Origin: Bugula neritina
Lineage: Eukaryota; Animalia; Bryozoa
Length of the DNA stretch: 64,000 nt
NCBI GenBank assembly: GCA_964035545.1
Contig: OZ037766.1
Span: 15,924,722-15,988,721 of the forward strand
Reading direction: 5' to 3'
In this document: in pieces, positions 28,467 to 43,299 of the stretch
Numbering within the stretch: position 1 is the stretch's first letter
Layout: every line of letters begins with the position of its first letter
The notes under the pieces: model-generated
Seen by the model: only the letters and a program-made list of their open reading frames with translations
Databases searched by the model: none
Told to the model about the DNA's origin: nothing
Made by a program: the position numbers and the translations under genes

Positions 28467-30059
28467 TGCAGATGACTCTTTTCAGCAGCTGCCCTCAACT
28501 AGTGGGAAACAAGCAGCTTCTACTTTTCATCTGTAAACATACTATTGTCTATAAGTACTGAAAATATCAACCTGTATGGAATCATGTATACTTACTGCAT
28601 ATATAACCATAACATTGGGTTCTAAAATTTCTTCTTTATCATTAATTAGGAAGGAGCAGAAATTAACTCTCCATCAATTCTCTCACGTTGAAACTAATAT
28701 TGAGGCTAAAATAGTCATGCTACTTTAAACAGGAGAATATCTTCAATGTTTTTATGAGCTGGTTCATTGGAAGTTATTGTATGAATGCAATATGCACAGA
28801 TAACTGAAACAACATATTTATTAAATGTTGTTATAAACCAGAGGTCTAGATTAAAAAAGCTTTTTAGTGCATAGTATTTATGTTGACTAAATAATATGTA
28901 GTCAAAATAACATTGTGGACATTTTAATATAATTGCATGTTGTAGAATCAGTATAATGTAATGTTTATAATTACTGTTTATATTATGAACTAAATGAAAG
29001 AATGATCAAAAAAATCTGAAAAGTTTAAACAAATCAGTTTTTCTCAAGTAAAAACTATTTTTTAAATGCTATATATTTTGAAGTATACAGTATGCCATAT
29101 TGGTATCAATCAATTGCATATATATAACACAATAATTTCCAAGAAACCCAACATTTGTTGAGCAACTGCATAGAATAGAGAGTTGTGTCCTCTAATGATC
29201 ATTTCAACAAATCCTTATTTTGTTACAATTTTTTTAAGTCACACTGTACACAAATAAATGCGATAATATTTTTAAATTGCTTCGAAGTATATTTTTGTTG
29301 GACCGCCGTCAATTAGTAACCAATACAGAATTATTGCAAATGAAGACATAAGCTGTGCTGGCTTTAAAATGTGAGCTTGTGCTTTACCAATTTAGAAACA
29401 GAAACTGGAACGAATACAGTAATTATAAAGTCTAAATTTTATACACACACAATGCTTTAAACAGTTTCACCAGTGAGTACAATATAAGTTAAATGGTTGC
29501 AACATATATGCGAGTATATGCCTACATAAAAACTATCCTCTGAAAACTTTTAAAAATAATTAATTTTTAATAATGAAAACACCAGAAACACATTAATATA
29601 AAATAAAAGAATAATGAATTAGGTCAAAAAATTAAACTACAATATGTGATATTTAAATTCATAATAACATAAAATAAGGCAGTGCATGTGTAAGCATTGC
29701 AAATGCTTACTTCGACTGATGAAAACTGTACATAATGAAAACAAAATGATAACATTTTACAGCTGTAAAACATGAAAAACAATAAACAATATTAACAAAA
29801 AATTTCAATACAATAAGCTGCACTCTATAATATCAGTAATGCCAAGAGAAAATTTTAAAAGTAGTTTAAACATTATTTATAAGTCATCATTTACAAGTTA
29901 TAATTGTGACTTGAGCACATTTTAGCTTACCTAATTTATCTGTTGTCTAAACTCTGTTAAAACCCATGTATTCTATAACAAACTACACAAGAAAAATGTA
30001 TCAATCTATAAAATGTTTACAGCATTCAACTTCAAAAACTAAAAAATAAGTTAACTGTC

Positions 30060-33000
30060 TTAACCCAGATGTTCTTTTTGCTGGTCCACCAGATATTCCA
30101 TAGACTCCCCTGTGACCAGACTGACTGCGGCAAAATATCCCATTTCAAAACTAAAACAAGTATTCATACAAATATACAATTTCAAGTAAACAAACGATAA
30201 TACAATGTACACTGTTCATCACTTTAGTCAGTTTAGTGCATATAATAAGCTCATTTCTTCCTTTGCTGGCTGATTATGAGTTTCCCATAGTTATACTATA
30301 TTCAACATGCCTACACTACACTCATAATTATGTACCAAAAACGTCTTCAACTCTGAATAAACTTACCATCTGTGAAGCAGTCTATAGGTTTCCAATGCTT
30401 TTTGATGGCTACTTTTCCAAAACGAGGTTTCCACATCGGTTTTTTCTTTATTTATTTTCTTTTGAAGCTCCTTCTCACGTTTCAGCTCCAAAAGTGTTTT
30501 CAGAGTTTCATTATTTTCAGCTTCCTTTTCCAAAACAGCTGTTCATGCAATATAATACACACCAAATACACCAGACTATAAACTATGGGTTGTCTTCTCT
30601 TATTTAGGATGTATTACAAAATAGCTTTCATTTCTGATATTTTAAAAACAACCAACTGACCAATTACAAAGCAACATATAATGATTCATAAATTTCAAAT
30701 TAATAAAGCAAAGTTTTTAGAGTTAACTTTTACTGTATGTTTACACACTCATTACCAAAGCAGGTTGAATATGCACATTATCCACCATGTGAGTCAAAAT
30801 ATTAAATATTTTACATATGGTGTAGAAATTAATTAACTTGGTCAATATTCAGTAAAACAAATTCACTTATAAACATGGCCACGGCTTACATTCATCTAAT
30901 TGCTGGCCTTCTATTTGAAACTCCAGCTGTGAAAGCTGAGAGTTCAACATAGTCTCAGTGGTGTTGCTGTACAGGTACATGTAGCAAGCTGGAACATCTG
31001 ATGTGACGTAAACCTGCCAGGGTGAAACAAATCAGATCATGTTCAAACACACTTTAAGATATTCAATTTGCCCTTTACCAAATAAATATAATGATATATC
31101 AAGAAAAAATAATGATTTGCTATTACTTGTAATTCATTTCTGAAACACCTAGAAAGAGTGAAGTTCAGCTTTTAGATGTTGACAGCAGGTATAAAACAGA
31201 TTATTTAGTGTTAGCAAATTCTAATGACATTCTTTATGAAAAAAGACATATTTATAAACTAAAAAATTAAACAAAATGAAATACTTTATAAACATCATTA
31301 CATGTATATAAAAACTGACACATGTATAGCAAGAATCGAGCCACACTTTGATACAAGTTCATTTCAAAAATCCATTCCAACAAGTTGAAATAAGCGATTT
31401 CACTGCAAAACACAACCATATAACAAGTTTTAGAAGTCCAACCAAATAGTTTTAAAAGACATCTCTTGATCAAACCAACCCAAATGTAAACTTGAAAAGA
31501 GTATTTTTTTGTTTCTAGACAGGAGTGTTTGTACTAGAGGAAGTAAATTAAGGATTGGAAACCCGTATTACCGCATGCAACTGCAGTTAAAATCCATACA
31601 TAATTAGTAAAATGAGTAACTGCCATCTTCTTAAATTTCAGATATTCTAAAATCTGTATTACGCATTATATTGACAAAATAAATAAAGTTTCAATATACA
31701 GGCATCAACACTTACTATATGTGTGCCAATGCCAACTCGAGTTGGCTTATTCAACTCCAAAGTTATGTTTTTCTTTGCCTGAGGGTCATACAGAATGGCA
31801 GAACCAGCTAGTAAGGTGATGTTTGTCTTCAATTCTTCATTTAGGAAATTCTCCAGAAACATTCCTGTGAAACATGTTCAACATCATCAGGTTCATGCCA
31901 CATGAATTCTTTAAACCCAACTAAATGAGTATGGTGAAAAAAAGTTACTACTAGCGCATCTTGCGATCAGAAATATTACATTATATCAAATCTTAAATTA
32001 CAAGTTTTGTAAATTATAATGCTCTCTAAATTTGATCGTTTGTCATCAAATAAGAAACCATTAAAAAATCGACACTTTTGTGAATATTTCAACTAAAAAA
32101 GCTCCTTTAAATCTTTTAAAGAAAAATAATTGTCTAATTTATTTTGGGATTATATTATTTAGCATCAATTTTTGGGGCTGAAAACCAGTAATGCAGCTAA
32201 TAAAACTTCGAAGCAGTTATCAAACATATTTTCTACTAAGTAAATGCAAGGATATTTAGAAATTAACCAACCAGGAAAATCAGCTATAAAGGTGGCATCA
32301 GCATGGTGTATAAACCAATCAGCAGACCCGTGTCTAGCTTGCATTGCAATATCATTTAGCTGAGTTCTCCAACCCTCAAGGTCATTGAGTAAAGGTAGCA
32401 TAAAGCTAGCTGGTCTGAAGGGACTCCAGTCCACAGCCACCAGGTCCACAGCTGGATCCACCATCCTACAGGTAAAAGAAAACAGCACATACACTGAAAC
32501 AGGTTTCTCCAATCTTCAACACAAACATCTAAATTCTAAATTCTTGACAAAATAAAAACAATTTAAAAAGTTTACCTAATTTAGATTACCACAATACGCT
32601 GATACTTACATAGTATCTTTCCACAAAAATATTTCACACATCCTATTATTTTATTGCATGCACATATTAACATATACTACAAACAAACACCTCACCTTTG
32701 CTGAAATCGGTGGTTCATGGAATGCCAGATGTCCATGTATATCTCAGTGTTGGGCATTTCATAGTCTATGGCCAGCTGATCAGCTATGCACATTGCATGC
32801 TGCTTTATCATATCAGGATGGGAGGGCCATCGGTTAAGGTTAACAAAAGCCTGAGATAGAAGATATCGGTTAAATACAATAAAATATAGTAGTTTTTTGT
32901 ATATTTCAGCTTCTGGCTACAAGAAACCAGCCCATTATTTGTACCATAAGTATTTAAATCAGACAAATTCACTAGCTTGATGTTTTTATCACCTTCACAG

Positions 33001-36000
33001 ACAGTATACTTACTCGGATTATAAACCCAACTATGTTCAGTGTAAGGACAGAGGTAGGCAGGCATCGCACAGCTCAAGTTGTAACAAAAGCATTTGCACA
33101 CGTATATGATGTAACTCTTTCCAGTGCGTTTGCCCACAATACAGTACAGACACTCACCTGGGGATCCAAAAAACCTTCCTCTCCAGTATCCTTGTTGACG
33201 TACTTTATCTTCACATGTTGTGTGTTCCAGTTATGAATCATCATATCCCATGAGTAACCATACAATCCCCCAGTCCAGTTGTTATAACCCTAAATGGAAG
33301 AGATATAGAAACTATATTATTGTGTAAATACAGCTCACACTTTAATACTTTTCCAGACTGAGTTCAAAATTACTCTCATACTTAAATTTCTTCCTAGTAC
33401 TAGGACAGTGGCATTTAAATTACACTCTTGGTCAGTTTTAAACTTCACATATTTATTCATGTATATGTAGTAACATATATGTACCAATTTATAAGTATCA
33501 ATGTGTTAGTTTTTACCATACATGTAGCAACGCATATTCAAGTGATGCACATGTAGTCAGTATATGTAGTAGCACACTTGCATTGGAATTTGCAAAATAA
33601 AATTGTTAGATCAAATAAAAACTTCAATAATATAAAAACTGAATTATATTTCAATACTGAGCTCTGGAGCCTTATTTTAGATAGGTGTATATATTCAATG
33701 TTAGTACTAATTCACATCATAGCACTGCTAGCATTGCACTAAGACTAACCTTTGTAATAAAGTGAGAGTAAGGCATGAATGCTTGCCACACCATCACACA
33801 AATAGTGAAGATTGAGAAAAACTTGTGATAGAAACCAACCTGTAATTCAGTAAACATGTATTATAAATACCATCTTAGGCTAAACTCAACAAGTATTACA
33901 ACCTCTGAGAATTGGAAAAATCTTTAAAACAAACCCTTAAAACAAACCTAATAAAATTTTACAAGCAGGTGAACAAAAAACTATACATACATTTGATAGT
34001 AAGAAATTGCATATCCAGTTTTGGAAAATAAAACATTAAATACAACCTTGGGCATGCAAGAGAAGTAACTAATGTCCTATATTATAGTGATTATATTGTA
34101 CTAAATGCCTATCATCTTAAAGAAATCTGCCCTTTTGGTTTATGCTTTGAGTTGTAAGTAAAGCAGTGAAAAGAAAATTATAACAAAACTACTAAAAATT
34201 GAAGATTAGATTACACAGAGGCTGCTAAGTTTCACTCATTTTTCAATATTGCTATGAAATAAGCAGAGAAAAAGCAAAAAATTGTATTCATCACAAAAAT
34301 GTATGATGTTCACACAAAGTAAGGGTGCATAAAATCTATTCACACTGCATGTTTATTGTAAAGAAAGGTGTTAAACAAGCAACCAAACAAAATTCTTACT
34401 TCAAAGAATTTTGCACGTGAAGAAAGCATTGCAAACGAAATGAATATTTACCTAGAACTTCAGGTAAGGACGTATAGCTGCTGAGTATGGAATTCCAGGT
34501 AAATGCATAAACATATATGACAACTATGCAAACACAATATTATATGAAACACATTATTTTACATATATCATCGAGTGACAAGGAAATAAAATGCTATCCC
34601 AATGCTAAATTTTTTGTGAAAAAATTGTCATCAAACGAGCTATAAAAAGCTTCAAATAAAAACATTGCAACACTCAACACAACACGTGATATTTTCGAAT
34701 TCTAAAAGAAATTAAAACCCAGCTATAAATGCATACCAAACTAATCAAATCAATTCACCACTAAGGAGTAGCAGTAAATATAGGGTAGGAAAATTCGACT
34801 ATTTTACTAACAGCATAACGTATAAGAATCTTTAATGGCCCTATTACTTCAATGAGCCAATGCTTAAATTATTACTGTAAATATTATAATACTCTGTTTA
34901 ATAAAATGTTGAGTGATACACATTACTTGTCACAACTGCATGCTGTCATCTCACCTTAGATGGCTTGCTGCCAGAATAAAGACAATGACTATTCTTCTCA
35001 AAACTTCCTTTATTAAACCATTCGGAAGAAAATACTTTCTTTGGCCAATCATAAGGATAGAAGAGGATAACACTGGCCAGCATCACGTAGGGGAACTGCC
35101 CTAGAATGTAACAACATGAACCTTCATGCTTTGGCTCTTTCCAAACACACAAACATAAACAATTTAACAAATTCGAAACATTTAAAATTGAAAGACAAAA
35201 CTAAATTTTTTTCCGAGGCAAAGTAAAGCACTTATTACAAATATCTTAACTTTAGCTAGGTGAACTAAACAGGTGGCAAGTTAAAAGATCAGGCATGCTA
35301 GTTTCTTGCCACTGCTAAATATCAAAATAGATAAGCATAGACTACTATGGCTTTTACCAATCAGATGGGCAGTTATATAAAACGCTGTAAATTCCCAATT
35401 CCTTTAAATACTCAACAAGTCGTGTAAAGTGACATCCACAAAACAAGTTACAAGGTGAACACCAGGAACTCTTACCAATCCTGAACATTCTAGAGTTCAT
35501 GACATTAAAACTGATGACAAAAGCAGAACCAAGATGTCTTGTGCCATCAAAGAAGAGCAGGAAACCACTTGCTAGATCAACAGTCAATCCTCCCCAATGC
35601 ACAATGTACTGGTCTATTTCCTCGTTGGTGAGAAAGGACCTGGTAAACAGCAGCACTATGCAGTTTCTCCATGCACAGTAAGTTATTTTTATAGAACCAT
35701 AAGTAAACAAGGTATAAAGGAAAAGCCACAGCACTTATTTTAGTATATATAGAGTACTAATTAAATATTATGTCTGATAAATTCTTATTTGTTAAAAGTA
35801 TTATTTAGAAATATGACATTCTTTCTAATGGTTAGAAATGTTGAACGAATAAATCATGCTGGTTGATAACCTGTTGTTTATAATTGACTTCATTTGCTAC
35901 CATAAATAGTCTAATGGCTACAAATATTTATTCTGAAACTGCCTTGCAAAATTACAAGGAATTAGTTTTCAATATTATGAATGTAAAAATATTAAAATAT

Positions 36001-39000
36001 AAACTGATATGTCAAATTAAACCATTGTACGTAGATATTAATAGACTACCTATGCCAGATAGTTGAACTAGCAAAGCTTAATGAACTAGTGCCCATATGT
36101 ACCTATATACAAAACTTACTCTGAATTTTAAAATTACTGACAAAACATGGTCATATGGTTTTGGAGATGTTACATATGAATTTATTTTGAAAGTCTGTTC
36201 TGTTATTTTGGCCAATCTAACAAATTATGTAATCGTTAATATAAAAATGATGAAAATGTCAATATCCAAGTAGACTGATATCATATTTGTGGCTCCCTTT
36301 CTGATACGATTGTAACTAATCTTTATCAATTGTACAAGCATCAAGTACATCAATTCACTTGTATATCAAACACAATTATTGCACCCACAATGTTTATAAA
36401 CAATACAAAACGCCATAAAAAATTAAAAGAGCTTTGTCTTCCCACAACTTTGAAAGCCTGGTTTGGCCATAATTTTCTTTGAATTTTTTTAAAAACTTGC
36501 ATGTGCATACATAAAAACTATGATATACAGCTACAGAGCATATAGAGCATACCATAGCCATAGGGTATGAAGGCAGTGTGCATATTTATAACAATTAGCG
36601 AACATTTTTACAGTCTCCTAAATCAGCTGATTTGTTAATTCATAGTAATAATAATAGTAATAATTCATAATAATTCTAACTTTGTACTAAGAAGCGTTAT
36701 AATCAACTGAACATTGTATGAGGTAGCATTTACACTTTGCTTAAGTAATAAGTCTATGAAAAGTGACAGTCTGTAGGCTATTTTAAATTTCTAATTTAGA
36801 AAAAAATTCACTCTAATCAGGAAAATAGAGGACACATAATCATGCATAATAACTAAAATTAAAACTTAATTTTATAAAACATTACAAGCAATCCTTTATT
36901 AGCTATAACTGCATTACATAGGATATAATATTTAGCTAATTATTTGAGAGCTTTTCCTTGTTTCGGTCAGATGGAAAACCTGCTGTTACAGTTTCAAGCA
37001 ATACTAACTACATATATCTATGTCTGTTTTATTTCGTAAACTTCTAAATTATTTATTTTATTGATGAATTTATAAAAAAAAACTTAGAATCTGCAGAAAT
37101 TAATAATTATTGAAAAGTAAAAAAACATGGTTCAGTAAAAATAAGAGAACACACTTTAATTGTCAAGAAAACACACTCTAAGTGTTATCTGTTGGAGACT
37201 TCTTCAATTCCCCCAACAATACTTTCAACATATGCTAAAATTTGTTGCTTTTTACAAACATTTAAGAATAGAAAGAGTGTGAAATCTTTTAGGCACAGGT
37301 GACATACCTGAACGGATCAAACACCCACTGGTGAGAGAGTGACTGCATGGAGTAACCTTCCACCCAGTCTCTATCTAGCTTTTTTAGACCAGCTATGAAA
37401 TAAACAGCCACCAACTACAAAAGTAATAATATTTCAAATATAAATCTATTGTCTGCAATAGTAATAATATACGAATACAATTATGCAATACAGTAGAAAC
37501 TATTAATGCCTTGACAACTCACTTTACACCTTATCTGTCTCAAAATATAGTCAAATCCAGCAAACTTAAAAGAGATGTATTAATATAATTCTGATGTAAA
37601 AGTAAAATCTGAGTGCAAAGTTCTAATGCAACCAGTTGACTTCTTCATGAAGTAATCTGTGAAGAACCATTACCAAATATGGTGGACAACAAACATATGG
37701 TAGAAAAAATCAGTTCTTTGGCATACTTTTTCTTTGCGTTTATTTTAGGTATCATCGTTGCAGCCATAATAGTGTAATAAGTGAGAGGACAAACCTGAAA
37801 CCGAAACAGTCCGTACTGCCATGCAGGGATGTCTTTATATTTGACTTTGTTTCGTTTAGCATCCAAAGACCTGTTATTTAACATAGATGGTGATGGCACT
37901 GATATTACTTTATAAAAATATAGAACTCATTGAAATTAGAAGATTCTATTACAAAGCATAAAATTATAAAGCTTGTACACATAGATCAGATGGAATAATT
38001 GATTAATCAACTACATGCACAGAGCGCCACTCAACTCACCAAGTTCCGTTAGCATCACAAAAAAGTAGCAAAGTGGAAATAAGTCCAAAGAGGTAGGAGT
38101 GATTGTTCCATGAGCGCTTATTCAGCAGAAACATGTACCAGTAGGGCAGCACAAACATCACACATGCCACTCGATAGAATAGGCCAAGAGCTATCCCAAA
38201 GGCACCTGCAAGATACAAACTGTTAAGCAATGCAATACTTTTGAGGTTAGGGATATAAAAGTCACTTTAATAACGGAGAATCACAGTTTTTTTCTAAATG
38301 TTACACAACAAACTAATGGCAACATTTGAATTTGCATAGTGTCCTATATCTCCATTACGCCAGGTTTCAGGGTAACCTTTATAGGGAGAGAATCTTTATA
38401 TTGAGAGAATCAGCTTTGTAATTTTTTGTTCCAATTATGTAAAAATCATATAAACTGATATATTGACTATAAACTAAATCTATTGACTGTTAATAAATCT
38501 GTGTTATTAAATAATTAAATAAAGTAACAAGTTTATTATTAAAGTAAAACTTTAAATATTTAATTCTAATCTGATGACACATATTCAACAGCAGTTACTT
38601 AGTTAAACTTCAATTGTTATTATCATACTATAAATGGTAGTACATGTGAATTACAAAATGTGCTGCTTTTTCAACAAGTGGACTTGAGCTTCTACAAAAA
38701 TCTGCTCCACCAATAATAAACTAAGGCTTCTCTTTTTAGAATCTAATATGTTGAGGTTGTCTCGCATTACTTGTTGGGACAAATTTGCCAACATAGTAAT
38801 ATGACTTATTCATAATAACATAGCAAGAAATAAAATCTTTATATACATGCTGGCTGCTCATCCGACTGGCATAATTAAGATAATTTTTCAAACTAAAATT
38901 AAATTTCCAAATAATGAATGCATCAGCTATAAAAAGAATGCCCATAAATTTATATGCATGTTGAACAGCTAATTTTAAAGTGTCACCAGTTTGGTAAGGG

Positions 39001-41672
39001 AACCATCAAAAGTCAGTTTGTTTAGACACTATATTATGTGGCACTATGTTGTGGCTTTAGAGTGCGGCTTAGGGGAGAATAAAAATTATATGTTGCCATA
39101 TCTGACCAACAATTAACATTTCATTATCATAGCATATAATTACAAGTACTAGATTTATATTAATGTAATTACATAACCGAAACAGACCAAATAAACAAGC
39201 AATGCACATAAATACACACATATATCAGTCTAATTTTAAAGTGTCACTGGTTTTGTGAGTGAACCATCGAGTCAATTTAGTTTGGTATTATGTTTTAGCC
39301 ATTACACTGCAACATTATTATACTGTGGTATAATAACATGGTTATGATATTACACTGTGGTATTATATGGTTATGGTATTACACTGTGGTATTATATGGT
39401 TATGGTATTACAATGCTATATTATATGATTATGGTATTACACTATGGTATTAGATGGTTATGATATTACACTGTGGTATTAGATGGTTATGATATTACAC
39501 TGTGGTATTATATGATTATGGTATTACACTGTGGTATTATATGGTTATGATATTACAATGCTGTATTATATGGTTATGGTATTACACTGTGGTATTATAT
39601 GGTTATGATATTACAATGCTGTATTATATGATTATGGTATTACACTGTGGTATCATATGGTTATGGTATTACACTGTGGTATCGTATGGTAGTGAAACTA
39701 CATTGTGCCCATAACATGGAACAAAAGTATTATGTTGCTATATCTGATCAATAATTAGCATCACACAACAAGATCAGTTAACATGTATAACATGTTCATA
39801 TATCAGTAAAACTATCACAGCATAGCTATTTATACTCGTACAATTAAGAATGTAATTTGTATATAGATCTTAAAGATATACAAATACAATCTTCTTGATA
39901 CAAGTATTGATTTCACATAAAACCTAACCTGTGCCTGCATATATTTTCATAAATTGTCTCTATTTTTAGTTTAATTACAAAGTAAAGCTTTTACTTGAAT
40001 AAAAAATATTATGCATCTACAAAATTAAGAAAAATTAAAGCTGTTTAATTATAATGATGGGTATTTGCTGGCATTGTGATCAATTGACAAGGTACATGCC
40101 TGAGGAGCATGCTGAGGCTACAATTAATTACTATGTTTATCAGCAGTACAACTAAATCAATACTTTGCAGGTTGTTCTAGAAGTAACAGTCATCTCAGCA
40201 TTATAGGCATTACATTATTTACCTAATCTCTAACACAAACCATGCTTGTCATTGCAAAGGGAACATACTACACTTGGCATAGATTTTCTTCAATTCTCAA
40301 CCCATCTGAACAAGTTGCTTTTAATTCAAAAACGCATTATTCGCATTATTTTCCACAAATCACCTACTGAACACACGTCACCTCTATTTATCAAAGCAGA
40401 AATTCTTCCTATTGATCTCTTGTATATCTACCGCCTATGTCTTCTTGGTCATTCAGCTTATTATACTCCATCTCACACCAAACAACCACCAACTTACCTC
40501 ACCAGACATTTTGAACTTTCCTTACCCTTACCTCTCTCTACCTCCGCAGCAGGTCATCGTCAAGTGTCCTACCAGATGTCTAGCAATTGGAATAAGCTAC
40601 CTCTGACTTTAAGACATCATCAAAGCTTTGCCACATTTAAAATATTGTTGAAAAAGCACCTACTAAAATCTTTAACTTAATCTGAATAAATAGTTCCCAC
40701 TATTTTTTCAACTGCCACTTGGGCCCCGTTCCTTGAATAGCTATGCTACTGAGCACATGGGCCCCCATCTTGACTTCGATTGATATTATATATAAATTGA
40801 ATTTAGCTCTTATTGTGTTACTGTTGTATATTTGTATTTTTTTGTCCTTTTGTTTTTTTTTGATGGAAATAAAGAAAACAAATAACCCATTTTAATTGGC
40901 AAAAATTTGTAGCTTTTTTTCAAAAGCTTCTTTACAGTTATTATTTACCAGAAATTTTGAAGCAATAATTATTTATTTATTACTAAGTTTTCTTTAGAAG
41001 AGCCAGGTGTTACATGAAATGTATAGAGTTTTTACAACTAATAACAACATACCTGCGGCCATAAGTAGATATAGCACCACCATCCATTCCACTGGTAGAG
41101 GCTTCAAAAAATTGAATAGTGGAAACCGGCATAGCTCAAAATTTCCACTCCATTTTGCAATAACAGTGTGTAAGCCACGTTCATGCATGCAGTCAAAGAT
41201 CATTAGCATACCTGTACATAAATAAAAGAGATAGTATACTAAAATAAGATACAAGAACAGTGCTAATTTTTTCTTTTAAAACACCCATTGTGCATGAGTT
41301 CTATTGTAATACAACAGTGTTACTGTATAAAAACAAGTATTTTATGTACTCAGATATTTAATTGAGAGATAAAAGTTCACAGAACTCGATATTTCTGTAT
41401 GACTTACCAAAGACTATTCTAAACACTGCCAAGCATGAACTGTCAACAGGTTTATGGCAAAGTTGCACAAAACTTTGAAAGGACGAAAAGTCAGAGCGAC
41501 TCAAACCAGTTTGCAAGCTGATAAATCTTTCTATGGAATGTCCAGAAGAACTCAGACTAGTAACTTGTTCCACAGGCTTAGTTACAGAGTTGTCCGTCTG
41601 CTGAGATGACTCATTGCTACTAGTTTTTCCATTGGAACTTTTTGTTTTGCTCTTTTTCTGTTTTGATGACAT
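30060..41672 (-). CDS. GGCX: Vitamin K-dependent gamma-glutamyl carboxylase
   Basis: Exons include 41672-41408 (..[15 protein letters not shown]), ~41211-41053 ([13 protein letters not shown]), ~38206-38039 (WNNHSYL), ~37870-37795, ~37413-37308 ([20 protein letters not shown]), ~35639-35476, ~35100-34955, ~33840-33750, ~33289-33159 ([16 protein letters not shown]), ~32850-32696 (RPSLI*-free [15 protein letters not shown]), ~32465-32272 ([22 protein letters not shown]), ~31865-31713, ~31013-30890, ~30539-30367 and ~30150-30060 (stop TAA after ..QQKEHLG). Confidence 0.95.
38970..39770. repeat. Diverged tandem duplication (~260 bp) whose second copy contains a 29-bp minisatellite (~12 copies, ~39335-39690; GGTTATGGTATTACACTGTGGTATTATAT)
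   Basis: AATTTTAAAGTGTCAC..GAACCATC..AGTCA occurs at 38971 and 39232. TATGTTGC.ATATCTGA.CAA.AATTA occurs at ~39089 and ~39731. The 29-bp period is visible between them. Confidence 0.85.
40290..40885 (+). mobile_element. 5'-truncated non-LTR retrotransposon (CR1/L2-like) 3' end in a GGCX intron
   Basis: The [15 protein letters not shown]...HTSPLF....IL.....Y...Y.TR......WNKLP..LR...S...FK..LKKHLL is typical of the C-terminus after the RT domain of CR1/L2-group LINEs. It is followed by a 3'UTR with a GGGCCC..GGGCCC stem and an AATAAA/A-rich end. Confidence 0.8.
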
Positions 41673-43299
41673 CTCTAGCAATCGAACTTTTCATATATTG
41701 AGATACTCTGGAAATAATAAATACGACAACAAACTTTATAAAAATGACCATATTAAGCGTAAACGCACTAGAAAATTAAAGTATGCTCTAATTTTACACT
41801 GTGAAGCCATAAACAAATATAAAACTGCCATAACACTCAAAATTAAACATTTTTGCTTGGCATACAATATCACAGTCTAGAAATGTGGACTCTCATATTA
41901 TGTTTTTCCTAACTATTCATTTCATATAATCCTGTGTCATGGCAGTGTTTTTGAGTATTTGCCCAAAAATTATTGAAAACTCTCTTGATGTTTCAAATAA
42001 TAATTATGGAAATTGAATAATAGATTGAAAACAACATTAACCACTTTTATCACAATAATAACTGAATGATATAATGTCTTAAATTCCTATGCTTAGAAAA
42101 CTATTAGCAATGTGACTGTAATTGTTAATAATTATAATCATAATATTCTTATATTTATATTTAGAGTATGATGTTAATTTTAGATATCTGATTTCAATAT
42201 AAGACTTGTAGAAAACTAACTTAGTAGTAATTTATTATTAAGGCCCAGTACGAGTATGACTGGGATTTGATCCTTCGTAAACGAAAAGGACATTTCAAAA
42301 GCTTGCGTTGAAAAAATTAAATCAATAACAAGATTGACAAATTAGAATTTTAACTCATAAAATTTCTATCCCAGCATTTTAGATGCTCTGAATTAGCAGG
42401 GATAAACATAAATTACCTAATGTAAATTAGAAAAATTAAAACCTAATACTAAAATGCAGCAATTCACACAATTAAATAAAAATATCAAATGATCAATATG
42501 ACTATTGTTATTATTGTTAAAAATAATATGCACATGGCTAAACATAAACAATCAAATAAAACAATCTCAACAGGTGCTAAGTTTTATGTTGATAGTTTGT
42601 TCAAATAATTATTTTACTAAAAACTAATAAATATAATGACATAGCAATAATCATAACGATAATGACTATGAGTAACATTAGCGATTACAGCCTCCGTGAC
42701 TCATGAGCACAACTGTCATTGTGACCATGCTCATCATTATTATGATGTTCATCTTTCTCACCAAAATAACAAAATACAAGATTATATCAGTAGGATTGTA
42801 AAACAGTTTACTAACAGCAACAATATTACTCAAAAAACATCAGTTACAAAAAAAGTCGCAGCTAGAAGAGCACATGTGCTTCTCCATTTTCAGAATTTGG
42901 GTTCAAATCACACCAGTTTTATTTCTAGCAAAATATTTCAATCAAAATCTTTATTATATTCTGTGGGTTTGTTAACATCAGAACTTGAAATACAAGGATT
43001 TGTGGAGTATATTTTATCAGCAAGATCTTAAAAATTTATTTTCCTGCCTTGCTTGTAAAAATTAGCTAGATACCTGCTTGACATGTGTATTAGTTTACCT
43101 CTTTCAATGTTAGCTATTGACTATCTGATCTGCTCAGTGTAAGCATGAATATGTGCATCTACTCACTTTTAATAATTTTATATTAGTTTTAATATAAATA
43201 CAATAAATTAAAATAATACAAACAGCTATACTTATACACTATACTAAACAAGTAACTATTTAAATTAATTTACATAGAAATATTGTCAATCAGTATTGC

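Noticed and set aside
42696-43031. His-rich 111-aa ORF
   Set aside because: Non-ATG start, low-complexity origin, antisense to the GGCX 5' region, and no recognisable domain.
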